Origin: Alphaproteobacteria bacterium
GTDB taxonomy: Bacteria > Pseudomonadota > Alphaproteobacteria > UBA6615
NCBI GenBank assembly: GCA_011087645.1
Contig: JAALLF010000009.1
Span: forward strand, 51,348-115,347
Length of the DNA: 64,000 nt
Direction of reading: 5' to 3'
This document shows, piece after piece, positions 1 to 9,003 of this stretch; position 1 is the stretch's first letter; each line of letters opens with the position of its first letter. The position numbers and the translations under genes are program-made. Below the pieces are notes generated by a model. It did not search any database and was not told the DNA's origin. It saw nothing but the letters and a program-made list of their open reading frames with translations.

Positions 1-143
1 CTTCTCAGGGCAGGCGACTTTTAGAAACCGCGTTACCGCTATGGCGCAAGGCTCAATCGCAACTGGTCGACGGTCTTGGCCGGCAACGCTGGGCCGGTCT
101 GCTCGACGATTTGTCGCAAACGGTGTCACTGACCCAAGCGTGA
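1..143 (+). CDS. 3' end of a gene entering from the left edge; tail resembles the C-terminus of MarR-type regulators (partial)
   Basis: Frame 3 is open from the window edge to TGA 141-143 (...LLETALPLWRKAQSQLVDGLGRQRWAGLLDDLSQTVSLTQA*). A T7 run follows at 147-153. The family call rests on resemblance of the tail only. Confidence 0.3.
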   Translation, partial: SQGRRLLETALPLWRKAQSQLVDGLGRQRWAGLLDDLSQTVSLTQA

Positions 144-195
144 CCCTTTTTTTGGACCATTACGTGCATATACACTTTATGACAGGAGAAACCCG

Positions 196-873
196 ATGAC
201 GAACCAGCAATCCGTACTTGCATGGACCAGTTCAACGAAACTCATTACCGCGGGCCTCGTGGCCGCTTTGGCGATCATCGCCTATTTCACCGGCATCAGC
301 GGCCTAGTTTCGGCCGATCCAAGCCAGGTGTTTCGGCCGGTCGGAATCGCCGTCATTGTCCCGGTGGCGCTATTCTTCACGGCCTATCGGTATTCGAGCC
401 GCCTGCGTAATTTCGTCTTGGCCCAAGATCTGCGCACCCTGACCATGCTGCACCATTGGCGGGTTCTGGGCTTCACGTTTCTAATTCTCTACGCCCACGA
501 TATTTTCCCCGCCGCCTTCGCCTGGCCGGCCGGCTTCGGCGACATTCTGGTTGGGTTCACCGCACCCTTCGTGGTTTCACGGTTGGCCCGCGACCCGGCC
601 TTTGCCACCAGTTGGCGCTTCATCGCGTATCACGCTCTGGGACTGTTCGACTTTGTGGTCGCGGTGATGGCGGCAACCCTGACCTCGGGCGCTTTTCCAG
701 GTTTATTCGCCAGCCCGCTGACCAGCGGCGCGATGGAAGTATGGCCGCTCAACCTGTTCCCCAGCTTCTTCGTGCCGCTGTTCATCATCACCCACATCAT
801 CGTGTTCTTGAAAGTACGTGAGTTGCGGCGCGAGGCCCGCGCCGGTGCTGACACTGCATTGCAGGCCGTCTAG
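196..873 (+). CDS. polytopic inner-membrane protein, family not recognised
   Basis: 225-aa ORF with about 6 hydrophobic helices. GGAGAAACCCG precedes the ATG. Its stop overlaps the stop of the convergent SDR gene (CTAG). Confidence 0.6.
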   Translation: MTNQQSVLAWTSSTKLITAGLVAALAIIAYFTGISGLVSADPSQVFRPVGIAVIVPVALFFTAYRYSSRLRNFVLAQDLRTLTMLHHWRVLGFTFLILYAHDIFPAAFAWPAGFGDILVGFTAPFVVSRLARDPAFATSWRFIAYHALGLFDFVVAVMAATLTSGAFPGLFASPLTSGAMEVWPLNLFPSFFVPLFIITHIIVFLKVRELRREARAGADTALQAV

Positions 874-1679
874 TCGGCGGTATAGCCCCCGTCGATATAC
901 AGCGTGTGGCCGGTGACATAGTCGGAGGCCGGCGAGAGCAAATAGATCAGACCGCCGATCAGATCGTCGGTCTCGCTCAGCCGGCCGACCGGCACCCGGT
1001 CAAGCATCTTCTCGCGCACCGAGCGTCCCGGCTCTTCTTCGGAAAACATCCATTCGGCCAAGGGCGAGCGAAACACGGTGGGGCCGATAGCGTTGATGTT
1101 GGTACCCTTCGCGCCCCATTCGCAGGCCAGCGCCTTGACCATGCCGTCGAGCCCCGATTTCGACGCGCAATAGCCGGTGTAGCCGCTCGGCAGACCATGG
1201 CGACCGCGGGTTGACGACACCACGACGACCTTGTTGCGCGCGCCATTATCAGGCTGTTTGGCGAACTGACGCCCCGCCGCCTGGCAGGCCAGCCAGTAGG
1301 TGTCCAGGTTGGCGATCATCACCTTGCGCCAATCGTCGAACGGCTGGTCCTCGATATAGGCGACATCGTTGGTGCCCAAGGCGATGAACATCAGATCGAG
1401 ACGGCCATGGGCGGTCACTACCGCATCGACGATGGCCGCCGCATTGGCTTCCGTATCGGGCCAGTTATCGACCATCGCGACCGTGCCGCCAGCGGCGGTT
1501 AGTTCTTCCGACATCGCCGCCAATTTGTCGGCGCCGCGGTCGGCCAGGGTCACCTTGCAGCCGGCGGCGGTCAGCGCATGGGCGGCCGCGGCGCCAAAGG
1601 TGCCCGTGCCGCCAACGATCAGCGCCGATTTACCGGATATGTCGAAAAGGGACAGGGGGTTGCTGGTCGTCGCGGTCAT
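870..1679 (-). CDS. SDR family oxidoreductase
   Basis: Contains GGTGTFG (Rossmann TGxxxGxG-like) and YxxxK (YCASKSGLDG). I prefer ATG 1679 behind GAGGAG over the GTG at 1703. Confidence 0.85.
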   Translation of the reverse strand: MTATTSNPLSLFDISGKSALIVGGTGTFGAAAAHALTAAGCKVTLADRGADKLAAMSEELTAAGGTVAMVDNWPDTEANAAAIVDAVVTAHGRLDLMFIALGTNDVAYIEDQPFDDWRKVMIANLDTYWLACQAAGRQFAKQPDNGARNKVVVVSSTRGRHGLPSGYTGYCASKSGLDGMVKALACEWGAKGTNINAIGPTVFRSPLAEWMFSEEEPGRSVREKMLDRVPVGRLSETDDLIGGLIYLLSPASDYVTGHTLYIDGGYTAD

Positions 1680-1831
1680 TTTGGAACTCCTCTTTTGCGC
1701 CACGCGGATTGGCGTCTAACCTAGCCGATCAGTTAGCAAAAGCCGAATATCGAGCTGTCGCACCTTGCCGTGCGGACCTAGCAAGCCTAACTAGGCCGGA
1801 AGGCGCCCCGCACGACTGGAGTAAGTTGAAC

Positions 1832-2713
1832 ATGAGCAACCCCGTCACTACCGTCATCAACCCGCGCGACCGCGATCTCGGTGGGTTTTCCGTGCGCCGT
1901 GTTTTGCCCGCCGCGCAACAGCGAACGGTCGGACCGTTCGTCTTTTTCGACCATATGGGCCCGGCGGCGTTTCCCGCCGGTAAAGGCGTCAATGTCCGCC
2001 CCCACCCCCATATCGGCCTGGCCACCGTGACCTATTTGTTCGAGGGCGAGATTATGCACCGCGACAGTTTGGGCGTCGAACAGGCGGTCCGGCCGGGCGA
2101 TGTAAATTGGATGACCGCCGGGCGCGGCATTGTTCATTCGGAACGCACAGCCGCCGAGGTTAACGCCGTGGAACATCGGCTACACGGGATCCAGTCATGG
2201 ATTGGCTTACCGCTGGCCGACGAAGAAACCGACCCCAGCTTTTTCCACCACGGCGCCGATAGCCTACCCCAGATCGCCCAAGGCGGTGTGACCCTGCGGC
2301 TCATCGCCGGTACTGCCTTCGGCCACACGGCGCCGGTCAAAACATTCTCGCCGATGTTCTATCTCGACGCCCCACTGCCGGCCGGCGCCTTGGTGCCCCT
2401 GCCCGACGGCCATGAAGAGCGGGCGGTCTATGTGGTCGACGGCGAAGTTTCGATTGCCGGCGAACCCTATACGAGCGGGCAAATGGTCGTGGTGGCACCG
2501 GATGTCGACGTCAGTATCGACGCCGTCAGTGATAGCCGGGCCATGCTGCTGGGCGGCGCGCCGATGGACGGCCCGCGGCATATTTGGTGGAATTTCGTCT
2601 CGAGTTCGCAAGACCGTATCGAACAGGCGAAAGACGATTGGAAAAATCAACGCTTCGATGGGGTCGCCGGCGATGACGAATTCATCCCGCTGCCAGAGAC
2701 CTCGCAGCCCTGA
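1832..2713 (+). CDS. pirin family protein
   Basis: RPHPHIGLATVTYLFEGEIMHRDSLG and GIQSWIGLP are classic pirin cupin motifs. I prefer the ATG at 1832 (MSNPVTTVINPRDR...). Confidence 0.85.
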   Translation: MSNPVTTVINPRDRDLGGFSVRRVLPAAQQRTVGPFVFFDHMGPAAFPAGKGVNVRPHPHIGLATVTYLFEGEIMHRDSLGVEQAVRPGDVNWMTAGRGIVHSERTAAEVNAVEHRLHGIQSWIGLPLADEETDPSFFHHGADSLPQIAQGGVTLRLIAGTAFGHTAPVKTFSPMFYLDAPLPAGALVPLPDGHEERAVYVVDGEVSIAGEPYTSGQMVVVAPDVDVSIDAVSDSRAMLLGGAPMDGPRHIWWNFVSSSQDRIEQAKDDWKNQRFDGVAGDDEFIPLPETSQP

Positions 2714-2745
2714 TCACCGAACAGGCCGGCCTGACCAACGAAAAA

Positions 2746-2769
2746 GGCCGGCGCTGGTGCGCGCCGGCC
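2746..2769. terminator. bidirectional stem-loop between convergent pirin and flp genes
   Basis: GGCCGGCGC (2746-2754), 6-nt loop, GCGCCGGCC (2761-2769), with an A-run on the left and TT on the right. Confidence 0.55.
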
Positions 2770-2823
2770 TTGATCGTGTCGTTCCGTGCCGTCGAGAGCG
2801 TGTCTCGACAACCGATAGCTGGA

Positions 2824-3042
2824 TCAGCTACCGCCGATAGTCGGCAGGTTGTCAGCAGCGCCGTCGAGCGCTTGGCCGATATCGTCGAAGAAGATGCTCA
2901 AGTTTTCACCGAGCAGGCCCATGCCCGCAGCGGCGACGATGGCGATAAACGCGATCAGGAAGGCATATTCCGTCGCGACAGCGCCGGCTTTGTCTTTGCG
3001 CAGGCGCAGGGCCAGCGTTTGAAGATATGCAATTGCAATCAT
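2824..3042 (-). CDS. flp: Flp family type IVb pilin (prepilin)
   Basis: 72 aa. Leader ends ...RKDKAG / AVATEYAFLIAFIAIVAAAG, matching the Flp G/xxxxEY processing motif plus a hydrophobic helix. AGGAGAGAGAA sits before the ATG. Confidence 0.8.
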   Translation of the reverse strand: MIAIAYLQTLALRLRKDKAGAVATEYAFLIAFIAIVAAAGMGLLGENLSIFFDDIGQALDGAADNLPTIGGS

Positions 3043-3099
3043 TTCTCTCTCCTAGATTACAGCAGGCCCAACCTGGCCCCGTGGTTGTTTGCCTGCTGT

Positions 3100-3290
3100 C
3101 CTAGTCAGGCAATATTAGTAAGTATTCACAAATAATTCTGGCGCTCTGGTAAGATTACCAAAATCTTCAAAAATTATAGGAGTAAGATAATATTATTAAA
3201 AGTTCCTTTATATAAAATTTATTCTATTAACCTTAAAGATCTCAAGAACCTGGGAATTTCTACGCTATTAAGCATAAATAATTGTTCACC
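3100..3290 (-). promoter_or_regulatory. AT-rich island upstream of flp (likely promoter/regulatory region)
   Basis: About 190 bp visibly far below the surrounding GC content (runs such as taagataatattattaaaagttcctttatataaaatttattctattaacc). It lies directly 5' of flp on the minus strand. No specific box identified. Confidence 0.4.
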
Positions 3291-3422
3291 CAATCCGCTT
3301 CCGCCTCGCCGAGAATGCACGATTTAACCATATCCGAGGTGAATATAGAGGCCGCCGCCGTTAACGATTGGCGTCGATAGCGCATGGGTAGAATGGAGGC
3401 CCCGAAGGGAAAGCTCCGGTGT

Positions 3423-4166
3423 TTAACGGTGCTCGGGGTTCTCGAAATCGAAGCGGCAACCCGCATCCCACGCCGCGCGTTGATTGCCGTGCGCCGGAAA
3501 CCCGCCCGCATCCTTCATCATGCGCGCCGCATGCAACAGGTTCCATGTCATGAAGGTGGTGTTGCGGTTGGTGAAGTCGTTCTCGGGCCCGCCTGAGCCC
3601 TCGTCCAGATAGGACGGTCCCGGTCCCGCTTCGCCAAGCCAACCGGCGTCCGCCTGCGGGGGAATCACATATCCCAGATGTTGCAGGGAATAGAGCACGT
3701 TCATGGCGCAATGCTTGGCGCCATCCTCGTTGCCGGTCACCAGGCAGCCGCCGACCCGGCCGTAATAGGCATACTGGCCCTGTTCGTTCAGATGGCTGGA
3801 GTTGGCGTATAGACGCTCGATGACCTTGGTGCAGACCGACGACTTCTCGCCCAGCCAAATCGGTGTGGTAATCACCAATATGTCGGCGGCTTGGACCTTC
3901 TTATAAACCTCCGGCCAATCGTCCCGCTCCCAACCATGCTCGGTCATGTCGCCATAGACACCATAGGCGATGTTATGATCGACCGCGCGAATGGTCTCGT
4001 GGGCGACGCCGTTCCGCTCCATGATGGTGCCAGCAATATCGATAAGCCCTTGGGTGTGAGACATGCCGGGGCTGCGTTTAAGGGTGCAATTGATGAACAG
4101 CGCCTTGAGATCGGAAAAATCCCACTTGCTTGTGTCGCACCATTCCTGCTGAAGTTCGTTGAGCAT
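3423..4166 (-). CDS. flavodoxin-like fold NAD(P)H-dependent FMN reductase family protein
   Basis: ALFINCTLKRSP...ADILVITTPIWLGEKSS resembles the NADPH-dependent FMN reductase/flavodoxin_2 pattern. The ATG at 4166 follows GGAGGAAA. Confidence 0.65.
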   Translation of the reverse strand: MLNELQQEWCDTSKWDFSDLKALFINCTLKRSPGMSHTQGLIDIAGTIMERNGVAHETIRAVDHNIAYGVYGDMTEHGWERDDWPEVYKKVQAADILVITTPIWLGEKSSVCTKVIERLYANSSHLNEQGQYAYYGRVGGCLVTGNEDGAKHCAMNVLYSLQHLGYVIPPQADAGWLGEAGPGPSYLDEGSGGPENDFTNRNTTFMTWNLLHAARMMKDAGGFPAHGNQRAAWDAGCRFDFENPEHR

Positions 4167-4243
4167 CGTATTTCCTCCACGTGATCTGCGGTGTACATAT
4201 TGCGCCTGGAGCAGCGTAGCCGACACCGCCAGGGGATAACAGC

Positions 4244-4837
4244 ATGTCGAATGAAGCAACGGATCGCCAAACCATCCGCGAAATGATCGAGTGCTGGGCG
4301 ATCTGGCGCGATACCGCCAACTGGGACCGCTTTCGCTCTCTCTGGCATGACGACGGCGTCATGGTGGCGACGATGTTTCAAGGTCCGGTGGATGAATTTA
4401 TCGACCAGGCGCGGCGCGGCCATGAACGCGGCGTCACGGCGCAGCATATTCTGGGTGGCTCGGCGGTCGAGGTAAACGGCAACCGCGCGGTGGCGCAGAC
4501 CCGCGCGACCATCGGTCAACGGTTACCGGTCCATGACGTGCTGTGCGACGTGGTCTGCACCGTGCGCTTCCACGATCTATTTGAAAAACGCGACGGGCGA
4601 TGGGGCATGGTGCACCGGCAGGGCGTCTATGAAAAAGACCGGCTCGACCCGGTCGACACATCGCAAACCGTCACCCTGGACCCGGAAATTTTAGCGCGTT
4701 TCCCCAGCGGCTATTGCCATCTGGCCTATTTGCAGACCGGGGCTGGCCTCACCGTGAAGACCGATATGCCGGGCCTCACCGGCCCGGAAGTCGAGGCGCT
4801 ATACGCCAAAGGCGCCGCCTGGCTGGCGGATGCTTAA
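4244..4837 (+). CDS. NTF2/SnoaL-like fold protein
   Basis: 197 aa. The N-terminal IREMIECWAIWRDTANWDRFRSLWHDDGVM pattern is typical of SnoaL_4/NTF2-like proteins. Confidence 0.5.
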   Translation: MSNEATDRQTIREMIECWAIWRDTANWDRFRSLWHDDGVMVATMFQGPVDEFIDQARRGHERGVTAQHILGGSAVEVNGNRAVAQTRATIGQRLPVHDVLCDVVCTVRFHDLFEKRDGRWGMVHRQGVYEKDRLDPVDTSQTVTLDPEILARFPSGYCHLAYLQTGAGLTVKTDMPGLTGPEVEALYAKGAAWLADA

Positions 4838-4866
4838 TTCTATATGAATTAGCCGAGAAAAGTCGG

Positions 4867-5247
4867 TTATCGATGGTCCGCCGGCGCCAAATCGACTTGC
4901 TTGATCCAGTATTGTTCGGTGAGCCACCGCACGCCTGCGGGCTTGACCCGCACCAGCAGCGTGGTCGATCCCTCGGTGCCACGCTGCACGCCCAATGTGT
5001 TGTAAATATTGGAATGGAACCGCTCAGGCGGAAAATTCGCGGTTACCAGTAAATCAACATTCCTGGGATTTTCATCGAGCGCAGCCACCAGCGCATCAGT
5101 AATTCGCGACGGCCCGGTGACAAGGCCATAACCCCGACCAACGGCAAAAATAGCGGCAACGAACACGACAAACAGGATGTCGCGCCGGTGATACCACGCC
5201 CGCCGCCTTCTTACTGGGCGGACTTCATCTAGCTCTTGTGACGCCAT
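4867..5247 (-). CDS. hypothetical single-pass membrane protein (last gene of the ABC operon)
   Basis: 126 aa with an Arg-rich N-terminus, then one TM segment (ILFVVFVAAIFAVG). It starts 2 nt after the permease stop. Confidence 0.45.
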   Translation of the reverse strand: MASQELDEVRPVRRRRAWYHRRDILFVVFVAAIFAVGRGYGLVTGPSRITDALVAALDENPRNVDLLVTANFPPERFHSNIYNTLGVQRGTEGSTTLLVRVKPAGVRWLTEQYWIKQVDLAPADHR

Positions 5248-5248
5248 A

Positions 5249-6136
5249 TCAGGTTGGTTTCCAGACTAGACCCCAACGTTCGATGGTCCACTTCTCTAGC
5301 GGGACCAGCATATAACGATCGGAAATGAGATAGATTAAAGAAATCAGGATCACGCCAAGGAACACCTCTTCGGTCTTGAACTCTACCGCAGAGACGAAGA
5401 TCATAAATCCAAGTCCGCTGTCGCCACCGATCATCTCGGCCGCGATAAGCGCGCGCCAACCAAATCCCAGCGACATACGCATGCCGGTGATAACCGACGG
5501 CATGGCACCGGGTAGATAGACGTGCTTGATCGTATCGTAATACGACCCTCCCAATGTCTGCACACCCTGCACCAAGACCTTGGGAACGGCGCGCACTCCC
5601 ATCATGGTGTTGAAGAAAATCAACCAGAAGATCGTGTTCAGCATGATGAACAGGGTGGTTTCCCAACCGACGCCAAACCACACGATGGCGAGCGGGATCC
5701 AGGCGATACCGGACACCGAGTTCATGAAAATACCAACCGGCTCGAGATAGCCGGAAATGGTGCGGTTCATACCGGCCAGGATACCGAACGCGATACCCAA
5801 CGGAATGCCCACGACGCCAGCCAAGATGACCCGCCCCAGCGAAGACATGATGTTGTTGGTCAGGTTGCAGTCATTGTGTTGCTGCATTGCGGCAACGAAT
5901 CCGGGACAATCGGATTGCAGAAAGAATATCGCGCCCCACACATCGGAGAGCGGCGGAATTTCGATCGGATCAAACCAAACAAATTGAGTGTTGAGCTCCC
6001 AAAGGATAATCAAAAAGATGAACGGAACGGATCCTAAAAGCACCTTGAAGGCTTTGAGAAGGCGCTGACGGCCAACGCGCTTTTGGACAGCAATCGAGAA
6101 TTCGGTGATGGCAGTCATCGTTGCACGAGCCCCCAT
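5249..6136 (-). CDS. ABC transporter permease (NitT/TauT-type)
   Basis: 295 aa, multi-TM, with an EAA-like loop (LGGSYYDTIKHVYLPGAMPSVITGMRMSLGFGWRALIAAEM). Confidence 0.85.
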   Translation of the reverse strand: MGARATMTAITEFSIAVQKRVGRQRLLKAFKVLLGSVPFIFLIILWELNTQFVWFDPIEIPPLSDVWGAIFFLQSDCPGFVAAMQQHNDCNLTNNIMSSLGRVILAGVVGIPLGIAFGILAGMNRTISGYLEPVGIFMNSVSGIAWIPLAIVWFGVGWETTLFIMLNTIFWLIFFNTMMGVRAVPKVLVQGVQTLGGSYYDTIKHVYLPGAMPSVITGMRMSLGFGWRALIAAEMIGGDSGLGFMIFVSAVEFKTEEVFLGVILISLIYLISDRYMLVPLEKWTIERWGLVWKPT

Positions 6137-6930
6137 CTTTCGATTGTGTCAGACTCCAACGGTCGCAATAGGAAATGGTCGAGGACGATCCAAGTAACCC
6201 CGATCATCACCATGCCGAGCAAAATTTGCGCGGTGTTGTCAAATTCTTGGCCCGAGAAGATCATGTTGCCGAGACCGGGACGACCGGCCAACATTTCACC
6301 GGCAATAACCGCACGCCAGGCAAATCCAATTGACAAACGCGTGCCAACCGCGATCGACGGCATGGCGCCTGGCAGAAGAACGTCGCGCACCACCTGAAAG
6401 CGCGAGGCGCCGAGGGTACGCGCCGCCTGAATATAGCGCACCGGAACTGAGCGCACACCGGACAACACATTGAAGGCGATCGGGAAGAAGCTGGTGTACA
6501 AGATAACGATGAGAACCGTGGTATCACTGTTACCGAACCAAATAACGATTACCGGGAAGATGGCGATACCTGATACCGACTGGAAGAAGTTCATCAGCGG
6601 GTAGAACATATCCGCGACAAATCTGTTCAGGCCAAGCGCCAGGCCGACCGGAATACCAATTGCGATGCCGACAGCGCCGCCAATCACCAGGCGAATCAGC
6701 GTGTCTGAGTAGAAACTTATCAGCGAGCCTTTGTAGAGCATGTCCGCTGACGACAATACGACGGACAAGGGCGAGGGTAGATAGCGATCGGGTCGCTCGA
6801 TCAGGAACGCTGAAATCAGCCACCATAATATGATCGAGCCGACTAGAAATATGATCAGCCGGCCGGCGCCCTCAGTGGCGAATTTCTTCCACTTGAAGAG
6901 ACGTGCCTGTTGAAGATCAATGCTCGTCAT
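6115..6930 (-). CDS. ABC transporter permease (NitT/TauT-type)
   Basis: 271 aa paralogue of the previous permease (ARTLGASRFQVVRDVLLPGAMPSIAVGTRLSIGFAWRAVIAGEM). It overlaps both neighbours. Confidence 0.85.
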   Translation of the reverse strand: MTSIDLQQARLFKWKKFATEGAGRLIIFLVGSIILWWLISAFLIERPDRYLPSPLSVVLSSADMLYKGSLISFYSDTLIRLVIGGAVGIAIGIPVGLALGLNRFVADMFYPLMNFFQSVSGIAIFPVIVIWFGNSDTTVLIVILYTSFFPIAFNVLSGVRSVPVRYIQAARTLGASRFQVVRDVLLPGAMPSIAVGTRLSIGFAWRAVIAGEMLAGRPGLGNMIFSGQEFDNTAQILLGMVMIGVTWIVLDHFLLRPLESDTIERWGLVQR

Positions 6931-7714
6931 CGCTGGTCACCTCCTGGCGTACTAGACGAAGAATTTCATCGCGGGCATTTGTGAACTTGGGATTTGAAGC
7001 CATATCCTTCCAAACCCGTTCCTCGCGCGGAATGTCGATCTTGATTTCGGTCTTAATTTGGCCAGGGCGGCGCGAAAACACGATGCACCGATCGCCGAGA
7101 AAGGCCGCTTCTTCGACCGAGTGCGTAATAAACAGGATTGTCTTCGCCGTCGCCATGACGATGCGGTTAAGTTCGTCTTGCAATGTGATACGCGTCTGTG
7201 CGTCAACTGCGGCAAAGGGTTCATCCATCAGCATGATAACCGGATCGGCGCACAAGGTTCGTGCCACAGCGACACGCTGCTTCATGCCACCGGATAATTC
7301 ATGCGGGTAGCGATCCTCGAAGCCCGATAAGCCGACCAGATCGATATATTCTTGCACGCGCCGCCGGGTTTCTTCTTTTGGCACGCGTTGTAATTCGAGA
7401 CCGTGGCCAATATTTCGCGCGACCGAGCGCCAAGGCAGAATAGCGTGTTCCTGAAACACCACGCCGCGGTCGGGACCAGGCCCGTGAATTTCATTGCCGT
7501 CGACCATGGCGCGGCCTTCACGATAAGGCAGCAACCCGGCGACGATGTTCAACAATGTCGTCTTACCGCAGCCGCTGGGCCCGACGATGGCGACAAATTC
7601 GTTTTCGTAAACTTGGAGATTTATGCCCTCCAAAGCGTGGACAGATTCGCCCGTATATTCATCCGGATAGTGATGACACAGATCCTGGATAATTAGTTTG
7701 GCTTCACCAGACAT
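6917..7714 (-). CDS. ABC transporter ATP-binding protein
   Basis: Walker A GPSGCGKTT, signature LSGGMKQR, Walker B IMLMDEPF. Confidence 0.9.
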   Translation of the reverse strand: MSGEAKLIIQDLCHHYPDEYTGESVHALEGINLQVYENEFVAIVGPSGCGKTTLLNIVAGLLPYREGRAMVDGNEIHGPGPDRGVVFQEHAILPWRSVARNIGHGLELQRVPKEETRRRVQEYIDLVGLSGFEDRYPHELSGGMKQRVAVARTLCADPVIMLMDEPFAAVDAQTRITLQDELNRIVMATAKTILFITHSVEEAAFLGDRCIVFSRRPGQIKTEIKIDIPREERVWKDMASNPKFTNARDEILRLVRQEVTSDDEH

Positions 7715-7800
7715 GTTTCTTCCAAGTAATCGGACGGGCGCGGGAATTTGCCCGCGCCCGTCACAGTATCAAATTAAGCACTTAAGACAGAGGTAGAGGC

Positions 7801-8823
7801 TTAGCTGGCCGCACCCAAGTCTGAGAACCATTCCGGATGGCGTTCCATCGTCGAACGAATGAACTTCGAATCGAGATAACGCGCCGGGTCGTACTTGCTC
7901 TTCATTTTCTTTTGCTCGATCAACAGATCGACCGCAGAACGGAACGCTTTGGCCGTATTCGCGCCGATGCGCGGATCGTAGACCCACAAGTCGAGACCGG
8001 CCAAAACTTCTTCTTTGGTCATGTTAACGAAGCGGGTGCCGATTTCGGCAACTTCGTCTTTGTTCGCTTTGTCGCGAACATAGGCCGCTGCTTCGGCGAT
8101 AGAATCGACAAATTTTTGCGTCTTCGCTTCGTCTTTGTAGACCGTATCCGGATTGCCGTGCAGGTAGGCGCAGAAGCAAACCAAATCGCCGCCACGCTTG
8201 ACGACTTTAGAACCAGCGACCTTATTCAGCATCCGGAAGTTAAAGGGCTCCCATGCGACGACGGCGTCAACGCCGCCAGTGTCGAGCACTGATACCAAGC
8301 TCGGCGGGCGCGTGTTAACGCGCTCGAGATCGTTGCGGCCAAGACCAACTTCCTTCAACGCCTGCAACAGCCAGACATCACCAGTCGACCCGAAGGTCAC
8401 GCCAACTTTTTTGCCTTTGAGATCGGCAACGGTGTTGATGCCGGAATCTTTCGATGCAATGAGCGCGACAACGTCATCGGTCGTCGGTTTTTCAAACGCC
8501 GCGCCGACATAGCCGACGATACCGCGAACATCGAGACCACGCTCGAGTGCGGCTGGCAAGTTGGTGAAAGCGGCCGGTGCAAAATCGAATTCGCCAGCGC
8601 GCAAACCCTTGGAGAGCTCCGAACCGGTGTTGCGAATTTCAACTTTCACGTCAACGCCATTTTTGGCGAAGAAGCCTTTTTCCTGCGCGACAAAGACCGC
8701 GAGGCCACCCGGATTACTCGCCGCCGCGACGACGAGTTCATCCTGAGCGCTGGCTGCGAATCCCGAAGCTGTGAAGCCAACAGCCGCAGCTACCGCTATC
8801 AGGCTGGTTCTAAATTTAAACAT
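7801..8823 (-). CDS. ABC transporter periplasmic substrate-binding protein (NMT1/THI5-like)
   Basis: Signal peptide MFKFRTSLIAVAAAVGFTASGFAASA. I chose ATG 8823 because GGGAGGAAACG lies immediately upstream. Confidence 0.8.
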   Translation of the reverse strand: MFKFRTSLIAVAAAVGFTASGFAASAQDELVVAAASNPGGLAVFVAQEKGFFAKNGVDVKVEIRNTGSELSKGLRAGEFDFAPAAFTNLPAALERGLDVRGIVGYVGAAFEKPTTDDVVALIASKDSGINTVADLKGKKVGVTFGSTGDVWLLQALKEVGLGRNDLERVNTRPPSLVSVLDTGGVDAVVAWEPFNFRMLNKVAGSKVVKRGGDLVCFCAYLHGNPDTVYKDEAKTQKFVDSIAEAAAYVRDKANKDEVAEIGTRFVNMTKEEVLAGLDLWVYDPRIGANTAKAFRSAVDLLIEQKKMKSKYDPARYLDSKFIRSTMERHPEWFSDLGAAS

Positions 8824-8871
8824 CGTTTCCTCCCGTTTCATGAATGCAATTGTTAGTTTCTATCCCTGTCG

Positions 8872-8989
8872 TAGGTCAACTCTATCGCATAACGACAGTC
8901 ATCAACAGTCTCGTGCCAATAGGTCAATAGTTTGACGGTTCAAATTATCGACAACTCTCTCAAAACCGCCATTCTTTCCAAATTATCGA
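8872..8989 (-). promoter_or_regulatory. leader of the ABC operon with two pairs of direct repeats (candidate operator sites)
   Basis: Plus-strand CAAATTATCGA occurs at 8941-8951 and 8979-8989. TAGGTCAA occurs at 8872-8879 and 8920-8927. Both pairs lie in the 162-bp gap between the hydrolase stop and the SBP start. Confidence 0.3.
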
Positions 8990-9003
8990 TATTTTTCACA
9001 CCC

